A stretch of DNA of 64,000 bases from Chiloscyllium plagiosum (lineage: Eukaryota), in NCBI RefSeq assembly GCF_004010195.1, contig NC_057750.1:14095265-14159264 (forward strand). The letters run 5' to 3'. Shown piece by piece: positions 26,103-40,100 of the stretch; position 1 is the stretch's first letter, and each line of letters opens with the position of its first letter. Under the pieces are notes generated by a model. It made no database searches. It was given only the letters and a program-made list of their open reading frames with translations, and was not told where the DNA came from. Position numbers and translations under genes: made by a program.

Positions 26103-26260
26103 CATGATTTGGAGGTGCCAGTGTTGGATTGGGGTGTACAAAGTTAAAAATCACACAACACCTGATGAACAACCATCTGGTGAAGAAGCAGTGCTCCGAA
26201 AGCTAGTGCTTCCAAATAAACCTGTTGGACTACGACCTGGTGTTGTGTGATTTTTAATTT
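26103..26260. mobile_element. Short hairpin element of the same family as 57965-58535
   Basis: Shares the tail tgatttggag..gtgttgga.tggggtgtac and the arm aaagttaaaaatcacacaacacc. Degenerate TSD TGTACTT..AAGT at 26090-26102 and 26261-26273. Confidence 0.75.
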
Positions 26261-27420
26261 TGTACTTTGAAGTGACAGCACAGTTCAATTGAAGCTACAC
26301 TGTCAAGGTGTTATAAGCATATGGGAATTATTACAATCCCGATAGGGACAGTTAATATTGAAGAAGAGATCCGAACAGCCAATAACTTGAAGAAGCCATG
26401 ATTCAAGATTTCACATTTTCAAACTGTCATGAAGATGCTTCCTTATTAATGTACTTACAGGATTCATTCAAAGGACAGTGTATCATTTTAAAAGGTGTCA
26501 CTGAAAAGACATTAGGGTTTTTTTTAAAAATAAATTTCTTGGAAGCTTAAGCTTGGGCTTGATAAGTACAATTCACATACCGGAATTTATAGGTTTGTTC
26601 TGGACATTATTTGGACCTCAATAGGGGTGTAGCATGCTGAGAGACAAGCTACCCCTTTATGCATTCTGTGAAAACTCTTTTGGAGACAGGCAGAGGCATT
26701 TGTAGCTATTTGTAGCAAGGGATAAGGTGCGAAATGCTCAAGATAGCTCTCATTTTGGCATGTGACCAGGTGTCAATAAACAATGGCTCTGGAAAGTTGA
26801 AGCTGTCTCTGGAAACTTGGAAGTTACAATTCATTCAGAAAATATCAGGAAGTACTCTTTCACAGGCTTTTCAGAAAACACTTGCATTAGATTTTCATGT
26901 CTCATACTAATTTTTTTCATTTACTCATGGGACGTGGGCATCGCTGGCTGGATCAGCATTTTTTGCCTGTCCCTAATGGTTTGGGGAAGGTGGTGGTGAA
27001 CTGAATTCTTGAACTTCATGTGCTGTATGTAGACCCATAATGCAATCAGGAAGGGAATTTCAATATCCAAGGCTATTCAGATATTTATACTGTCATATTC
27101 CAAACTGTCTAAAAAGAAACTTTGCATTTTTATTGAATAAGCTTAACTTTATAAAACAAAATACTTGTAATGAATTAATAGTTGTAAAGGAATCTGGTGT
27201 ATTTATATTCTGAGACAAATTTGTATATATAATTGGTCATATCAATAACTGTTTTTTTTTGGTATTTAAATATATATTGTGTCCAGTGGAAATAGAGAAA
27301 GTCAGCAAATTCCTCCCACCTCAATCAAATCAAATGGTAATGGTTAAAAAGCACAGCATAGTGCTTATCAGGTCTGAAAGAGAAGCTTGAACAATTATAC
27401 ATTGTTCTTCATTAGGACAA

Positions 27421-27640
27421 GGAGAAAGTGAGGACTTCAGATGCTGGAGATCAGAGCTGAAAACGTGTTGCTGGAAAAGCACAGCAGGTCAGGCAGCATC
27501 CAAGGAGCAGAAGAATCGACGTTTCAGGCATGAGCCCTTCTTCAGGAATCCTGAAGAAGGGCTCATGCCCGAAATGTCGAATCTCCTGCTCCTTGGATGC
27601 TGCCTGACCTGCTGCGCTTTTCCAGCAACACATTTTCACC
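27421..27640. mobile_element. Short Penelope-derived hairpin with a hammerhead motif in both arms
   Basis: Inverted arms folding near 27548; CTGAAGA...GAAA on both strands. TSD TCATTAGGA(C/T)AA at 27409-27420 and 27641-27652. Confidence 0.85.
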
Positions 27641-27654
27641 TCATTAGGATAAAC

Positions 27655-27990
27655 ATTGTGAACTGAAGATAGTGTGTGATTCTTCAAACTATGGATTTGG
27701 CCCAATGATCAATCATATTATAGTTGCTAGTCAAGAAAAGCCAATAGCATTTGAGTCAAATGCAGTGATTAAGAGTCCTCTATGCACAGAAAGAAAATAA
27801 AGTACATTAAATCATCCACAGAATCAGTAAACCTCATACATTTTTGTTGGATAGAAGTTTGAAGCTAGTAAGAAATTTATAAAATTCTAGAAACTACTTT
27901 GGATCCAACATCTGCAATCTCACCATGGCAGCATCAAGGTAGCCTATACTTCTCTCACAGTATAACTACAACATTGATGTTTGAAGTTCA
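27655..27990 (+). mobile_element. Degraded Gypsy RNase H remnant
   Basis: LKIVCDSSNYGFGPMINHI...EKPIAFES from 27663 matches the Gypsy RNase H pattern CDAS.YG.GAV...E.PIAFAS. Confidence 0.65.
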
Positions 27991-28220
27991 AAGGATGGCC
28001 ACAGCTGTTACATGAAGACTCAAAAGTAGGCTGAGAAGGTATAGCTTCATGGCATAAGTGTGAATGAGGACTCTAGAGTTATTCATGAGATTTATAGGCT
28101 TAAATTGAAAATGCTTTCTGGATTTTGTGGTAGGTGCCTGTTTTGTAAGTATATGTTCATAACATGTGCTTTGTTGGGTGTGTTGGCTGTGAGTAAAAGC
28201 ATTATTACCAGCGTTATTAC

Positions 28221-28712
28221 CGGCGGCATGGTGACTCAGTGGTTAGTACTGCTGCCTCACAGTGCCAGGAACCCAAGTTTAATTCCAGCCTTGGGCGACT
28301 GTGTGGAGTTTGCACATTTTCCCCGTGTCTAAGTGGATTGCCTCCGAGTGCTCTGGTTTCCTCCCACAGTCCAAAGATGTGAAGGTCAGGTGAATTGGCC
28401 ATGCTAAATTGCCCATAGGGTTAGGTGCATAAGGAGACAGTGAAGTCTGCAGATGCTGGAGATCAGAGTTGAGAGTGTGATCCGAGATTTACTTAGATTA
28501 CTTACAGTGTGGAAACAGGCCCTTTGGCCCAAGAAGTCCACACCAACCCGCCGAAGCGCACCCACCCAGACCCATTCCCCTACATTTACCCCTGCACCTA
28601 ACACTACAGACAATTTAGCATGGCCAATTCACCTAACCTGCACATCTTTGGACTGTGGGAGGAAACCGGAGCACCCGGAGAAAACCCACGCAGATACGGG
28701 GAAAATGTGCAA
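28221..28712. mobile_element. Two partial HE1 SINEs tail-to-tail, separated by a Penelope terminal fragment
   Basis: Plus copy 28221-28430, Penelope tail ~28431-28485, minus copy ~28486-28712. Confidence 0.8.
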
Positions 28713-29545
28713 AGTCTAGCAGCCTGTTTCCACACAGCCCACCACTGAACTTCAACTTAAACTCCAGTTTCTAGTAGTGGCCACTCCCTTTTCAATATAC
28801 AGGTCACTTCTAAAACATGACCACTTTGGTCTGAAGTCTCATCTGTTTACATATAAACAGAAGACCTCTCAATAACTCTTTCAACTCTGTACCAAACCAG
28901 TCTAATCAGAGCCTGAGTGGTTTACAAACCCTCTGAAAAAAACCAAGGACACAGTATCCTTGAGAAAAGGAATAGCTTTTAGAAAAATGACCAATTTTGT
29001 GACAATTGGAGTCATCACATTTCATCTTTTATGCTTTTTGCAAGCTGCATGGTGAGATTTTCACGAGAAAGTAGCAAAATGTCAATTGAATCATTATTGT
29101 TAAACACCTTGCTAATGACACAAATCACCTTACTAATATTCAGACCCCAATTTGACCAAACTCAGCAATAAAAGCTAGAAGTCAGGAAAAATACACAAGG
29201 AAACAAGGGCATGTACCTGACAGATTCAGCACATTGCTTGCTCCAAAACACTTCCAAATTGGACTCTGGTCAACAATATGCCCAGGCACTATCCTCTGGC
29301 TCCTGCAGAAGATACTCCTCCTTTATGGACATTGGCATCTGTCATCTGCAAACCCAGCATCGCCATCCTGGCACTTTTACTATGCAGTGGCATTGTGCTC
29401 TGGAAGGATGTTATGCACTGAAAGGCTGCAGCATGGACACTTTGCCCTGCAGAAGGGTCTCCCAGTTCACACAATGGATTAGGTCACATCTCAGGACTGT
29501 TCATTTGCTCTTTTAGCACTCACTCACTTAGTGCCTACTAGTTTT

Positions 29546-29860
29546 TAGATTAGATTCCCTACAGTGTGGAAACAGGCCCGTCGGCCCAACAAGTCCACAC
29601 CAACCCTCCAAAGAGCAAACCACCCAGACCCATTTCCCTCTGACCAATGTATCTAACACTACAGGTAATTTAGCATTGCCAATTCACCTAACCTGCACAT
29701 CTTTGGACTGTGGGAGGAAACCGGAGAACCCAGAGGAAACCCAAGCAGACACGGGAAGAATGTGCAAACTCCACACAGACAGTCCCCCAAGGCTGGAATC
29801 GAACCTGGGACCCTGTGCTGTGAGACAGCAGTGCTAACCACTGAGCCATCGTGCCGCCCC
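29546..29860 (-). mobile_element. HE1-type SINE
   Basis: Full reverse-complement copy. Confidence 0.9.
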
Positions 29861-30929
29861 ATAGTTTCTCATAATCCCTGCCTAGCCTTCCTTGCCTTGC
29901 TGTGCCAATTATTGCAGTCACATAAACAGGTAGTTTTGCCTTTCCACTTACCAGTCTTCAGTCTAGGAGTGCGTATCTTGCTGCACAGCAGCAAACTGCA
30001 TTTATCTCACACTCGCTCCAAGTGACAACAGCTTATGTGGGAAACATACTGCGTATGTAGCAGTTAGGCAACCATGTATTCAACTCTCAGGGGATAGTCA
30101 TCAATGAACTGCATTGATGTTTCCATCAGTCAGTGGGTCCGAGCACAGTCAGCCAAGAGCAGTCTCCCATAACCGTCAAAGGCATTGACCACCCAAGTGG
30201 GGGTAGGGGTGGTGGTCTTGGTCAGGAGTTCCACTGTCTCCACAGTCTAGGGAGTGGGCCACAGCCAAACCATTGCCTCTATAGTGGTAAGTCCGGGGGT
30301 TAGGGCCATTGCTGTCAGGGAGATGTACTTATTCTCTTATCAAATCCATCAATGAGCAGGGCAACTTCCAAAATGCCAGTGTTTGTACTGCAGTATTTTA
30401 AAGATACCACAGGCATAACAGATACCAGTTTTTGACCAGATATCTGTTGCTCTGGGGACAGCATGCGCTAATAAGGGATAGAATTTGAACATAAGGGATG
30501 CCAAAGAAGTGTGGTAAGTAATTAATGCGACATGTTTAGAAAGATAGGGTGAAGCAGCTTGCTAGGCCTTGCAGTAAAAAGCCCTCCAAAACAATTGACA
30601 CTAGTTGAATTTAGTCAAAAAACATAAGATTCAGCCCTGTTTTTTTTTTCAAATTTATCGGAAGAACAACCAGAAAATATGATAAGGTAGTTTAGGGATA
30701 ATAAGAAAACCTATAGCAATACACCTTGATGTTAGTTAAATATAATGTAGACTTACTTGACACAGTGCCGATTAAATACGACATCCTTATCGGTTAAATC
30801 CAGAAAACAAACAGAATGGAAACACAGATTCAGTACATGATGGATAATCATTAGATTGAATCTTGTCAAAGCAGCTTAATTTCCAGCACACTACCCCAGT
30901 GAGTCTGACAAGAGACTTTGCAGAAATGG

Positions 30930-31950
30930 GTCATTCATCTGATTGTCAGGATTCCTGCAGGGCTCAGTTCTTGGGCCTAAACCTTTTAAATTTATGTCAA
31001 TGTCTAAATGAGGGGAGCGAAGGCACATTGGCTAAGTTTGTAGATAGCAGCAAGGTAAGTAGGAAAGTATGTTGTGAAGATGATCTGTAGATAGATATAG
31101 AAAGGCTGAGTGAGTGGGCAAAAATGTGGCAGATGGAGCATAATGTGGGAAAATGCAAAGCTGTTCATTTTGGAAGGAAGAATAAAACTGCAGGATATTA
31201 CTTAAATGGAGAGTGACTGCAGAATTGTGAGAGGCAGAGGGATTTAGATGTTCTGGTGCAAGAGTCACAAAGCATTAATGTACATGTACAGCAGATAATC
31301 AAGAAGGCTAATGGGATGCTTTGTAATGAGAGGAATTAAACATAAAAATAAGAATGTTATGCTTTAATTATACAGGGCAATGTTTAGATAACATTTCATG
31401 TACTGTGAGCAGTTTTGAACTTTCTAATTAAGGAAGGAGGTAACTACTTCAGAGGCAGTTCAGAGGGGAAGTTCACTAGATTCATACTTGAATGAAGTGG
31501 ATTGTCTCATGAAGGTAGGTTGGACAGAGCAGGCTTCTTTTTACTGGAATTTAGAAAAGTTAGGAGTGACTTGATTAAAGTCTAAAAGAGCCTGAATGTT
31601 CTTTACAAAGTGCACATGGTAAGGGTGTCTCATCTTCTAGATGAGAGAAAAAAAATGAGCACTGTTTTAAAATGAAAGGTTGCTCTTTGAGGACAGAGAT
31701 GAGGAGAATTTTTTTTCTCTCAGATGATTGTACAACTTTGAACTCTGTGTTGCAGAAGGTTTTGGAAGTGGGGTCATTGAATATGTTTAGGACAAATGAG
31801 GATAGATTCTTGCTCAGTGAGGATTAAAGGGAGTAAAAGGGAATGTGAAATTCAAAATGCAAACAGATCAGCCAGGATCTTATTGAATGGTACTTTAGAC
31901 TCCAAAGACTGAATCGTCTACTTCTGCTCCTAATTCATATCTGTGTATGT
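30930..31950 (+). mobile_element. Degraded CR1 RT / 3' end
   Basis: AKFVDSSKV; LSEWAKMWQMEHNVGKCKAVHFG. Confidence 0.8.
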
Positions 31951-32276
31951 GCACACAGTAACAATTTGCAAAGCAACTGTGTGATTAGCACTTCAGTTGC
32001 ACCATGATGGTTAGAGCGTGCAGGCCCACATTAGTGGCAGCATTCACATCTTGTATCACAGATCTAGGCAACTGACAAGAGTTGGGGTGAGAGCCAACAT
32101 TTGATCAATCTTAGCCTATCATCTTAGCACTCTTCAATAGGTTCCAGGCTCTATGACAGATGGGGTCCGTGTCAGTCAGGTTTCCAAAGTTCGTCTGATG
32201 GGAAGGACCTGTTGGTTCAATTTCTGGTCACTCTTATGCTGTTTTCCAGTGTGGAGGTAGGCATCCTCAGATAGGA

Positions 32277-32479
32277 GTCAAGATTAGAGCAGTACTGATA
32301 AAGCACATCAGGTCAGGCAGTATCTGAGGAGCAGGAAAATCGACGATTTTCCTGAAGAAGAGCTTTGGCCTGAAACGTCGATTTTCCTGCTCCTCGGATG
32401 CTGCCTGACATGCTGTGCTTTTCCAGCACTACTCCAATCTTGACTCTAATCTCCAGCATCTGCAGTACCCACTTTCACC
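32277..32479. mobile_element. Short Penelope-derived hairpin element
   Basis: Inverted arms with cctgaagaagagctttggcctgaaacgtcg. TSD TCCTCA(G/T)ATAGGA at 32264-32276 and 32480-32492. Confidence 0.8.
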
Positions 32480-34167
32480 TCCTCATATAGGATGCAGTCC
32501 CTGGATTTGCATAACTCCAGAATTTCTCATCACTATCTGAATTCACTTCACTTGAGCACTGACACTTTGGGTTTAGTCACTGAATGAAGTCATATTGTTC
32601 ACCAGACTTCTGACATCAAACAATTCCTCTCTGTGAATTGTTTTCTGAGGCTGCCCTCCAGTTATCGCTTTGGCACTGGTGTTGCCACTTGATGATTATG
32701 TGAGGTTCAATGTCCCATACATCCTGTATCTGATTCTGTTTCTTAATATTCTGATTTTGGAGGAATGTGCTGAATGTGAAAGTCAGTCCTGTCAAACTGG
32801 CAATTACTTAATATCTTTATTCTCTCTCAGTTCCTTTGGTTTAGCCTTTTGTGATGCTGATTGACTTGACTATCTCTATCATACTGTGTTGTGAGCCCAA
32901 GGTGATGATCCCCAAGAAGGACTGAGTATCATCCAAAGAATCGACAGTTGGAGAATAGCCTGTGGATGAGCACGGAGTGCTAGTACAAGCATAAGCCTGC
33001 CCCGGAAGTTATTTGCTCTCAGGAGGCAAAGCATGCAGATGGTCAAGCAGAGTATAATTGAATCATTCATACTGTACATTACCCTCTGAATGATAGGGGT
33101 GTTGGGGGCCTATAGATCCTGTAAGTCCTTTCTCTCAAAGTTGAACCCCTGATCTCTGAGGACCTAACATTGAACTCTGAAACAGACAAACAAATCTCAT
33201 ATCAAATCACGCTGGTTATGGTTGAGGGTTAGGTTTAGAGTTAGGTCGGGGATGGGAATGGCCTGTGTGAGCTTGGTGAAGACATCCCTGAGTTGATGAA
33301 CAGACTTAGTTCCATTAGTAGTTGGGTCAAGGACTGTAAAGTTCATTACAAGGATCTCTAATGATCATTTGGCAATCAGGGATCCCATGCTGGGTTTACT
33401 TCACTGCTTTTGGCCAAAGGACACCCCTCATAATTGCAACTATAAGCATTAATATCAGCAATCATTTCAGCCAGTGATACAGCTCGCTGGTTAGGGAGTT
33501 GTCTTTTCCCTCACTTAATTTTCTCCTTGATTGTGAACTGCTTCCAACACTTGACACTTGAGGTTCCTCCGCCCTGATCCTCTTCCAGTACCTCAATAGC
33601 TTCCATGCTTCTTGGGGACTCCCTCACCAGCTTACGCTGGGTTGATGGATGTTGAGCCTTTCAGTAATAATGCAATTGAATGAAGCTCACATTTGCTGAA
33701 TCTGTTTGAGGTCCTCTTTCAAAGTAGATTACAAAAGTGAAACCACACCTCACTCTATCTATTTGGACCTGGTTCCTCCCTTGTAATTGCAAAGTGATTC
33801 TGATGAATTTTAGTTCAATTGCCATCTGGGGGAGGCATATAGACTTAATGATTCTAAGCTGACACCTTGATCCAAAGACTTTGTGTGTAATCCTGGACTT
33901 CCTTCTAATGCTCGGATGGAATTCTGCAGTAAGGAATCTTTACTAGCAAAAGTCCTGTGGCTTTCAAGTCACTATACTCAATATCATCATCATCATCATC
34001 TTAAGTGAAAGTCGTCCCATTCTTGGTGCGAATGCAAACAAGCTGCCTTCTCTGAATTTTCTCCAATTTGTCAATGTCCATCTTTGAAACGTGGTTAGAG
34101 ATGTCTCCACCAATCGATCTACCATCCACAACAGTGGCAGGTTTAAGGATTACTTTTGGTTGGAGGT

Positions 34168-37100
34168 TGTGACAATGCTGTCACTTTAACAACGTTATTT
34201 TGTCCTTCTTTTTTTTTCAAGAGAGGTCATAAAAACAGAGGTGCCAAAATATCTGGGCAAGACCCTAGTTTAACAAAGGCAGGGGAGTGGCCAGTTCTCC
34301 CAGTTCAGATTTTTCTAGTTTGGTTTAGCTGTGCTTGCAGTGGAGAAGGGTTCCAAGCTTCAGCAGAAGGTTCCTGACTGGCATTCTCTCTGAAATCTCT
34401 TTGGAAGTTGTTTCTTCCTGCCTGTAAGAACCTGTGACTGAATTTATTCTTTGCCAAGGGGTGTGTTTATAGGATGTTGCAGGAATTGGAACAGCGGCTT
34501 GGTTAAGTTGCTATATTGAGTCGGTTGGGTTTTCAAATAGTTAAGTTATTCTAAATTCTGTTTCAACTAAAGTGTTTAAATAAATTCTGTTTTGCTTACA
34601 GCAGAATAGTTTGATCATCTGCATCACTCCTGGAATATCCACATCTCATTTGTCTTTAAAGTAAGAAAAGTTAGGGTCTAGGCTACCTTCTTAAAGTATT
34701 TTGAGGGGGTCTGCCCTGGTCCATAACAGATTGGGGACTCTTGACAGGATTGATTTGATAATTCCAATTTGGGATTAGGGTTGTTAGGCTCAAAGGTGGT
34801 GAATGGTAGGTGTTAGTTTCTTTTGTTCTGGGTGTTGAATTTGGTTGGTTTAAACAGTGCTTGGAGCAGTAATGGCACTTTCAGTAACTAAGGATTTTCT
34901 GGGAGTGGAAGAAGTGACTTTGGGGTCTTTTGAAAAGGTGAACGAGGCAAAGCTGCTGGAACTAGCAGATAATCTGGAGTTGGAGAAGCCTTCATCCGTG
35001 AGAAAAGGAGAGATAATTACAGTGATAGCTCGGCATTTAAATTTGCTGGAAATGCTATCAGAATTTTGGGAAATAGCTAAAATTCAATTGAAAATGAAGC
35101 AGCTTGACTTAGAGGCAAAAGAAAAAGAAATAAAATAGTTTGAATTATGATTAAAAGGAAAGGAAAGAGAAAAAGAACAAATCGCTAAACAGAACAAAAA
35201 GAAAAGGACAGACTGCTTTAGCAGGACAAATAGAAAAGGAGAGGGAAGCCCAGCAGAAGAAAGAGAGAAAGAGAGAAAGACAGAGAGTTTGAACTTCAAA
35301 CATTGGCACTTAGACAAGAAAACCGGCTTAAAAGGATGAAGGAGTTCAAAAATTCACTTCCTGAAGTAGTGAGAACTTGTGGAAGGGTAGAGAGTTAAAA
35401 TGGCAAGATGAGCAGCCGAGTTGGTTCATAAATCAAAGTTTGGCTTCCAACATCAATTTCAGTCCATGAGGAATAGAAATTAGGGAAAAGAGGAATCCTT
35501 GAGTTTTAAGAGAAAAGTTGATCTTGATGAAGATCATGAAGATAGCTTGCCACAGAGAAAAAAAAGGAAACTTTGAAAGGCAAAGAAATTAAAAAGCTCT
35601 GGTGTTTTCACTGCAATAAAGTAGGCCACATGAAATCACAGCGTTGGTTGGTTGGAAAAAGTACTGGGAAGATGGATGTAGGAAAACAGGATAAGCCAGT
35701 GAATTTTGTTGAAGTGGTAAAGGAAAGCACAGTAGAGGCTAAAAATCTGCACTAGAATGTACAACCTAGTCGGAGGTTGGTTAATGAGGAAGTGCCAGAT
35801 CTTCGTAAACCATTTATTTGCGAAGGTAAGATTTACTCACGTAGTCCAGGTGCAACAGATAAAGAGGTTACAGTATTAAGAGATATGGGATCATGTCAAT
35901 CTTTGATGTTGAGAGATGAGGAGATATATGACTAAGAAGAACTACTACCAGAAAAACTGCTAGTTCATGGAATTCATGGTAAGACAAGAAGTGTTCAATT
36001 ATATAGAGTGAGGTTAGAGTGTCCAGTGAAAAGTGGTGAAATCATAGTTGGCGTACTGGAAGAATTCTTGGCTCCAAGAATACAACTTATCCTTTCTAAC
36101 AACATAGTTGGGTCACAGGTAGGGAGTAGAACACAGAACATAGAACAATACAGCGCAGAACAGGCCCTTCGGCCCTCAATGTTGCGCCGATCTGTGAACT
36201 ATTCTCAGCTCGTCCCCCTACACTATCCCAAAATCATCCATGTACTTATCTAAAGATTGTTTAAATCTCCCTAATGTGGCTGAGTTGATTACATTAGCAG
36301 GTAGGGCATTCCACGCCCTTACCACTCTCTGCGTAAAGAATCTGCCTCTGACATCTGTCTTAAATCTATCACCCCTCAATTTGTAGTTATGCCCCCCTCG
36401 TACACACTGACCTCATCACCTAGGAAACAAGACTTTCACTGTCTACCCTATCTAATCCTCTGATCATCTTGTATGTCTCTATCAAATCCCCTCTTAGCCT
36501 TCTTCGTTCCAATGAGAACAGGTTCAAGTCTCTCAGCCTTTCCTCATAAGACCTTCCCTCCAGACCAGGCAACATCCTGGTAAATCTCCTCTGCACCTTT
36601 TCCAATGCTTCCACATCCTTCCCGAAATATGGGGACCAGAACTGTTCACAATATTCCAAATGTGGCCACACCAGCGTTTTGTATATTTGCAGCATGATAT
36701 TGTGGCTCCGGAACTCAATCCCTCTACAAATGAAACCTAACACACTGTATGCTTTCTTAACAGCACTATCCACCCGGGTGGCAACTTTCAGGGATCTATG
36801 TACATGGACTCCAAGATCCCTCTGCACATCCACACTACCAAAACTCTTTCCATTGACCAAGTACTCTGCCTTCCTGTTATGCTTCCCAAGTGCATCACTT
36901 CACATTTAGCTGCATTGAACTCCATTTGCCACTTCTCAGCCCAACTCTGCAGTTTATCCAAGTCCCCTGCAACCTGTAACATTCTTCCACACTGTCCACT
37001 ACTCCACCGACTTTAGTGTTGTCTGCAAATTTACTAATCCATCCACCTATGCCTGCGTCTAAGTCATTTATAAAAATGACAAACTGCAGTGGTCCCAAAA

Positions 37101-40100
37101 CAGATCCTTGTGGCACACCATTAGTAACCGGACTCCAGGCTGAATATTTTCCATCAACCAACACTCGCTGCCTTCTTTCAGAAAGCCAGTTTCTAATCCA
37201 AACTGCTAAATCACCCTCAATTCCATGCCTCTGCAATTTCTCCAACAGCCTACCATGTGGAATCTTATCAAAGGCTTTACTGAATTCCAAGTATAACACG
37301 TCAACTGCCCTACCCTCATCTACATGCTTGGTCACCTTCTCAAAAAACTCAATAAGGTTTGTGAGACACGACCTGCCCTTGACGAAACCATGTTGACTAT
37401 CTGAAATCAAATTGTTGCTTGCTAGATTATTATAAATCTTATCTCTTATAATCCTTTCCCAAACTTTTCCTACAACAGAAGTAAGGCTCACTGGTCTATA
37501 ATTACCTGGTCATCTCTACTGCCCTTCTTGAACATTTGCAATCCTCCAGTCCTCTGGTAGCAAACCTGTCAACAATGACGACTCAAATATCAAAGCAAAA
37601 GGCTCTGCTATCTCCTCCATAGCTTCCCAGAAAATCCTCAGATAAATCCCATCTGGCCCAGGGGACTTGTCTACTTTCACTCCTTCTAGAATTGATAACA
37701 CCTGTTCGTAACTAACCTCGATCCTCTCTAGTCTAATATCTCGTACCTCATTCTTCTCCTCTACAATATTCTCCTTTTCCTGAGTGAAAATCATTGATAA
37801 ATGTTCGCTTAGCACCTCTCCGATCTTCACAGGGTCCACACTCAACTTCCCACTTCTGTCTTTGACTGGCCCTATTCCTACCCTAATCATCCTTTTATTC
37901 CTCACATATCTATAGAAAGCTTTAGGATTCTCCTTTATTCTATTTGCTAAAGACTGCACGTGTCCTCTTTTTGCTCTTCTTAACTCTCTCTTTAAATCCT
38001 TCTCGGCTGATCTGTGATTCTCCATCACCTCATCTGTACCATCTTGCCTCATCAACACATAAGCCTCCTTCTTCATCATAACAAGGGATGCAATTTCTGT
38101 TGTAAACCACGGTTCCCTTACCTTGTCACTTCCTCCCTGCCTGACAGGGACATACCTGTCGAGGACACGCAATATCTGTTCCTTAAACCAGCTCCACATT
38201 TCCATTGTCTGCATCCCTTGCATTTTGCTACCCCATTCTATGCATCCTAATTCTTGCCTAATCGCATTATAATTGCCCTTGCCCCATCGATAACTCCTGA
38301 GCTGTGGCATGTACCTATCCCTTTCCATCGCTAAACTAAATGTAACTGAATTATGGTCACTCTCTCCAAAGTACTCACCTAAAACTAAATCAAACACCTG
38401 ACCTGGTTCATTACCAAGTACCAGATCCAGTGTGGCCTCCCTTCTTGTCGGCCCTTCGACATACTGTGTCAGGAAACCTTCCTGCACACATTGGACAAAA
38501 ACTGATCCATCCGACGTACTAGAGTTACAGCATTTCCAGTCAATGCTGGGGAAGTTAATGACCACCCTGTTCCTTTCACTCCTACCCAGAATGATTTTGC
38601 TGATCCTCTCTTCCACTTCCCTGAAACTCTGTGGAGGCCTATAAAAAAACTCCAAGCAGTGTGGCCTCTTCTCCTGTTTCTAACCTCAGCCCATACTACC
38701 TCAGTAGTCAAGTCCTCATCAAAAGTTCTTTCAGCCACCGTTATACTATCTTTGACTAACAAGGCCATGCCTCCCCCTCTTTTACCGCCTTGCCTGTTCT
38801 TAATGAAAGATCTAAACCCTGGAACCTGCAACATCCATCCCTCACCCTGCTCTATCCATGTCTCCAAAATGGCCACAACATCGAAGTCCCAGGTACCTAT
38901 CCATGCTGCAAGCTCACCTACTTTATTTTGGATACTTCTGGCATTGAAGTAGACACACTTCAAACCACTTCGCTGTCTGCCAGCACATTCCTGTGACCCT
39001 GAAATCCTGTCCCTGCCCTTCCTACTCTCATCCTCCTGTGCACTGCAACTAAACCTCCGATTCTCATTCCCCTGCTGAGCTAGTTTAAACCCACCCGAAT
39101 AGCACCAGCAAATTTCCCACCCAGAATATTAGTACCCCTCTGGTTCAAGTGAAGGCCTTCCTATTTGTACAAGTCCCACCTTCCCCAGAATGAGCACCAA
39201 TTATTCAAGAACCTGAAACCCTCCCTCCTGCACCATCCTTGCAGCCAATTGTTCAGCTGATATCTCTCCCTATTTCTTGCCTCGCTATCACGTGGCACGA
39301 GTAACAAACCAGAGATAACAACTCTGTTTGTTCTAGCTCTCAGCTTCCACCCTAGCTCCCTGAAATCCTGCCTTATATCCCTATCCTTCTTTCTACCTAT
39401 GTCATTGGTACCTACATGGACAATGACTTGAGGCTGGTCACCCTCTCCCTTCAAGACCTCAAAGAAAAGATCCGAGACATCACCCACTGTGGTTGAAAAG
39501 CCAGTAGAAAATCAGGCAACGGAGGTATTATAAGAAGTATATCCTGGGATTTTTGCTGTGTGGCAAGAAGGTTGCAAAGTCACCAGTTAAAACAGAAGAA
39601 ATCAAAGAATACAGACAAGGAAGTTGAGGTAGAATTGTCAGAGATCATGTTTGATTGAATGGTTGAGCAAAACCAAGAACAGGAAGCAGACAAGAAATCA
39701 CAAACTCGCAATTTTGCTCGTGGAGATAAAGTGTTAGTGTTACTTCCAGTGATGGTGAACCTTAAAAGCAATGGTTACTGGACCTTATCAAGTTGAGAGG
39801 AGATTGAGTGAGGTGAACTATATAATAAGGACTCCAGACAGAGAGAAATCTCACAGAGTGTGTCATGTGAATATGCTCAAAAGGCATTTTGATGGGGAAG
39901 GAAAGCAGAAAGAGATTGCGTTACTGGTTACAACCCAGGGTGAAGAACCAAGTTTAGAAGATTCTGAATTGGACATTCCTCAAAGTAAATTGGATAATGA
40001 GGAAGTTGTCAAAAGTTGGGATAAATTATTGAGTTACATTCCGAGGAAAATTGAACTGACCTATAAGAGTTATTGCTATCGCATGGGGAAATACGTGGGA

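Noticed and set aside
33213..33250. Telomere-like GGGTTA/GGTTTA stretch
   Set aside because: Too short and degenerate to call an interstitial telomere.
32500..34100. Possible degraded minus-strand Gypsy pol (INSG and RGRL-like remnants)
   Set aside because: Motifs are too decayed to support by eye; a translated search is needed.
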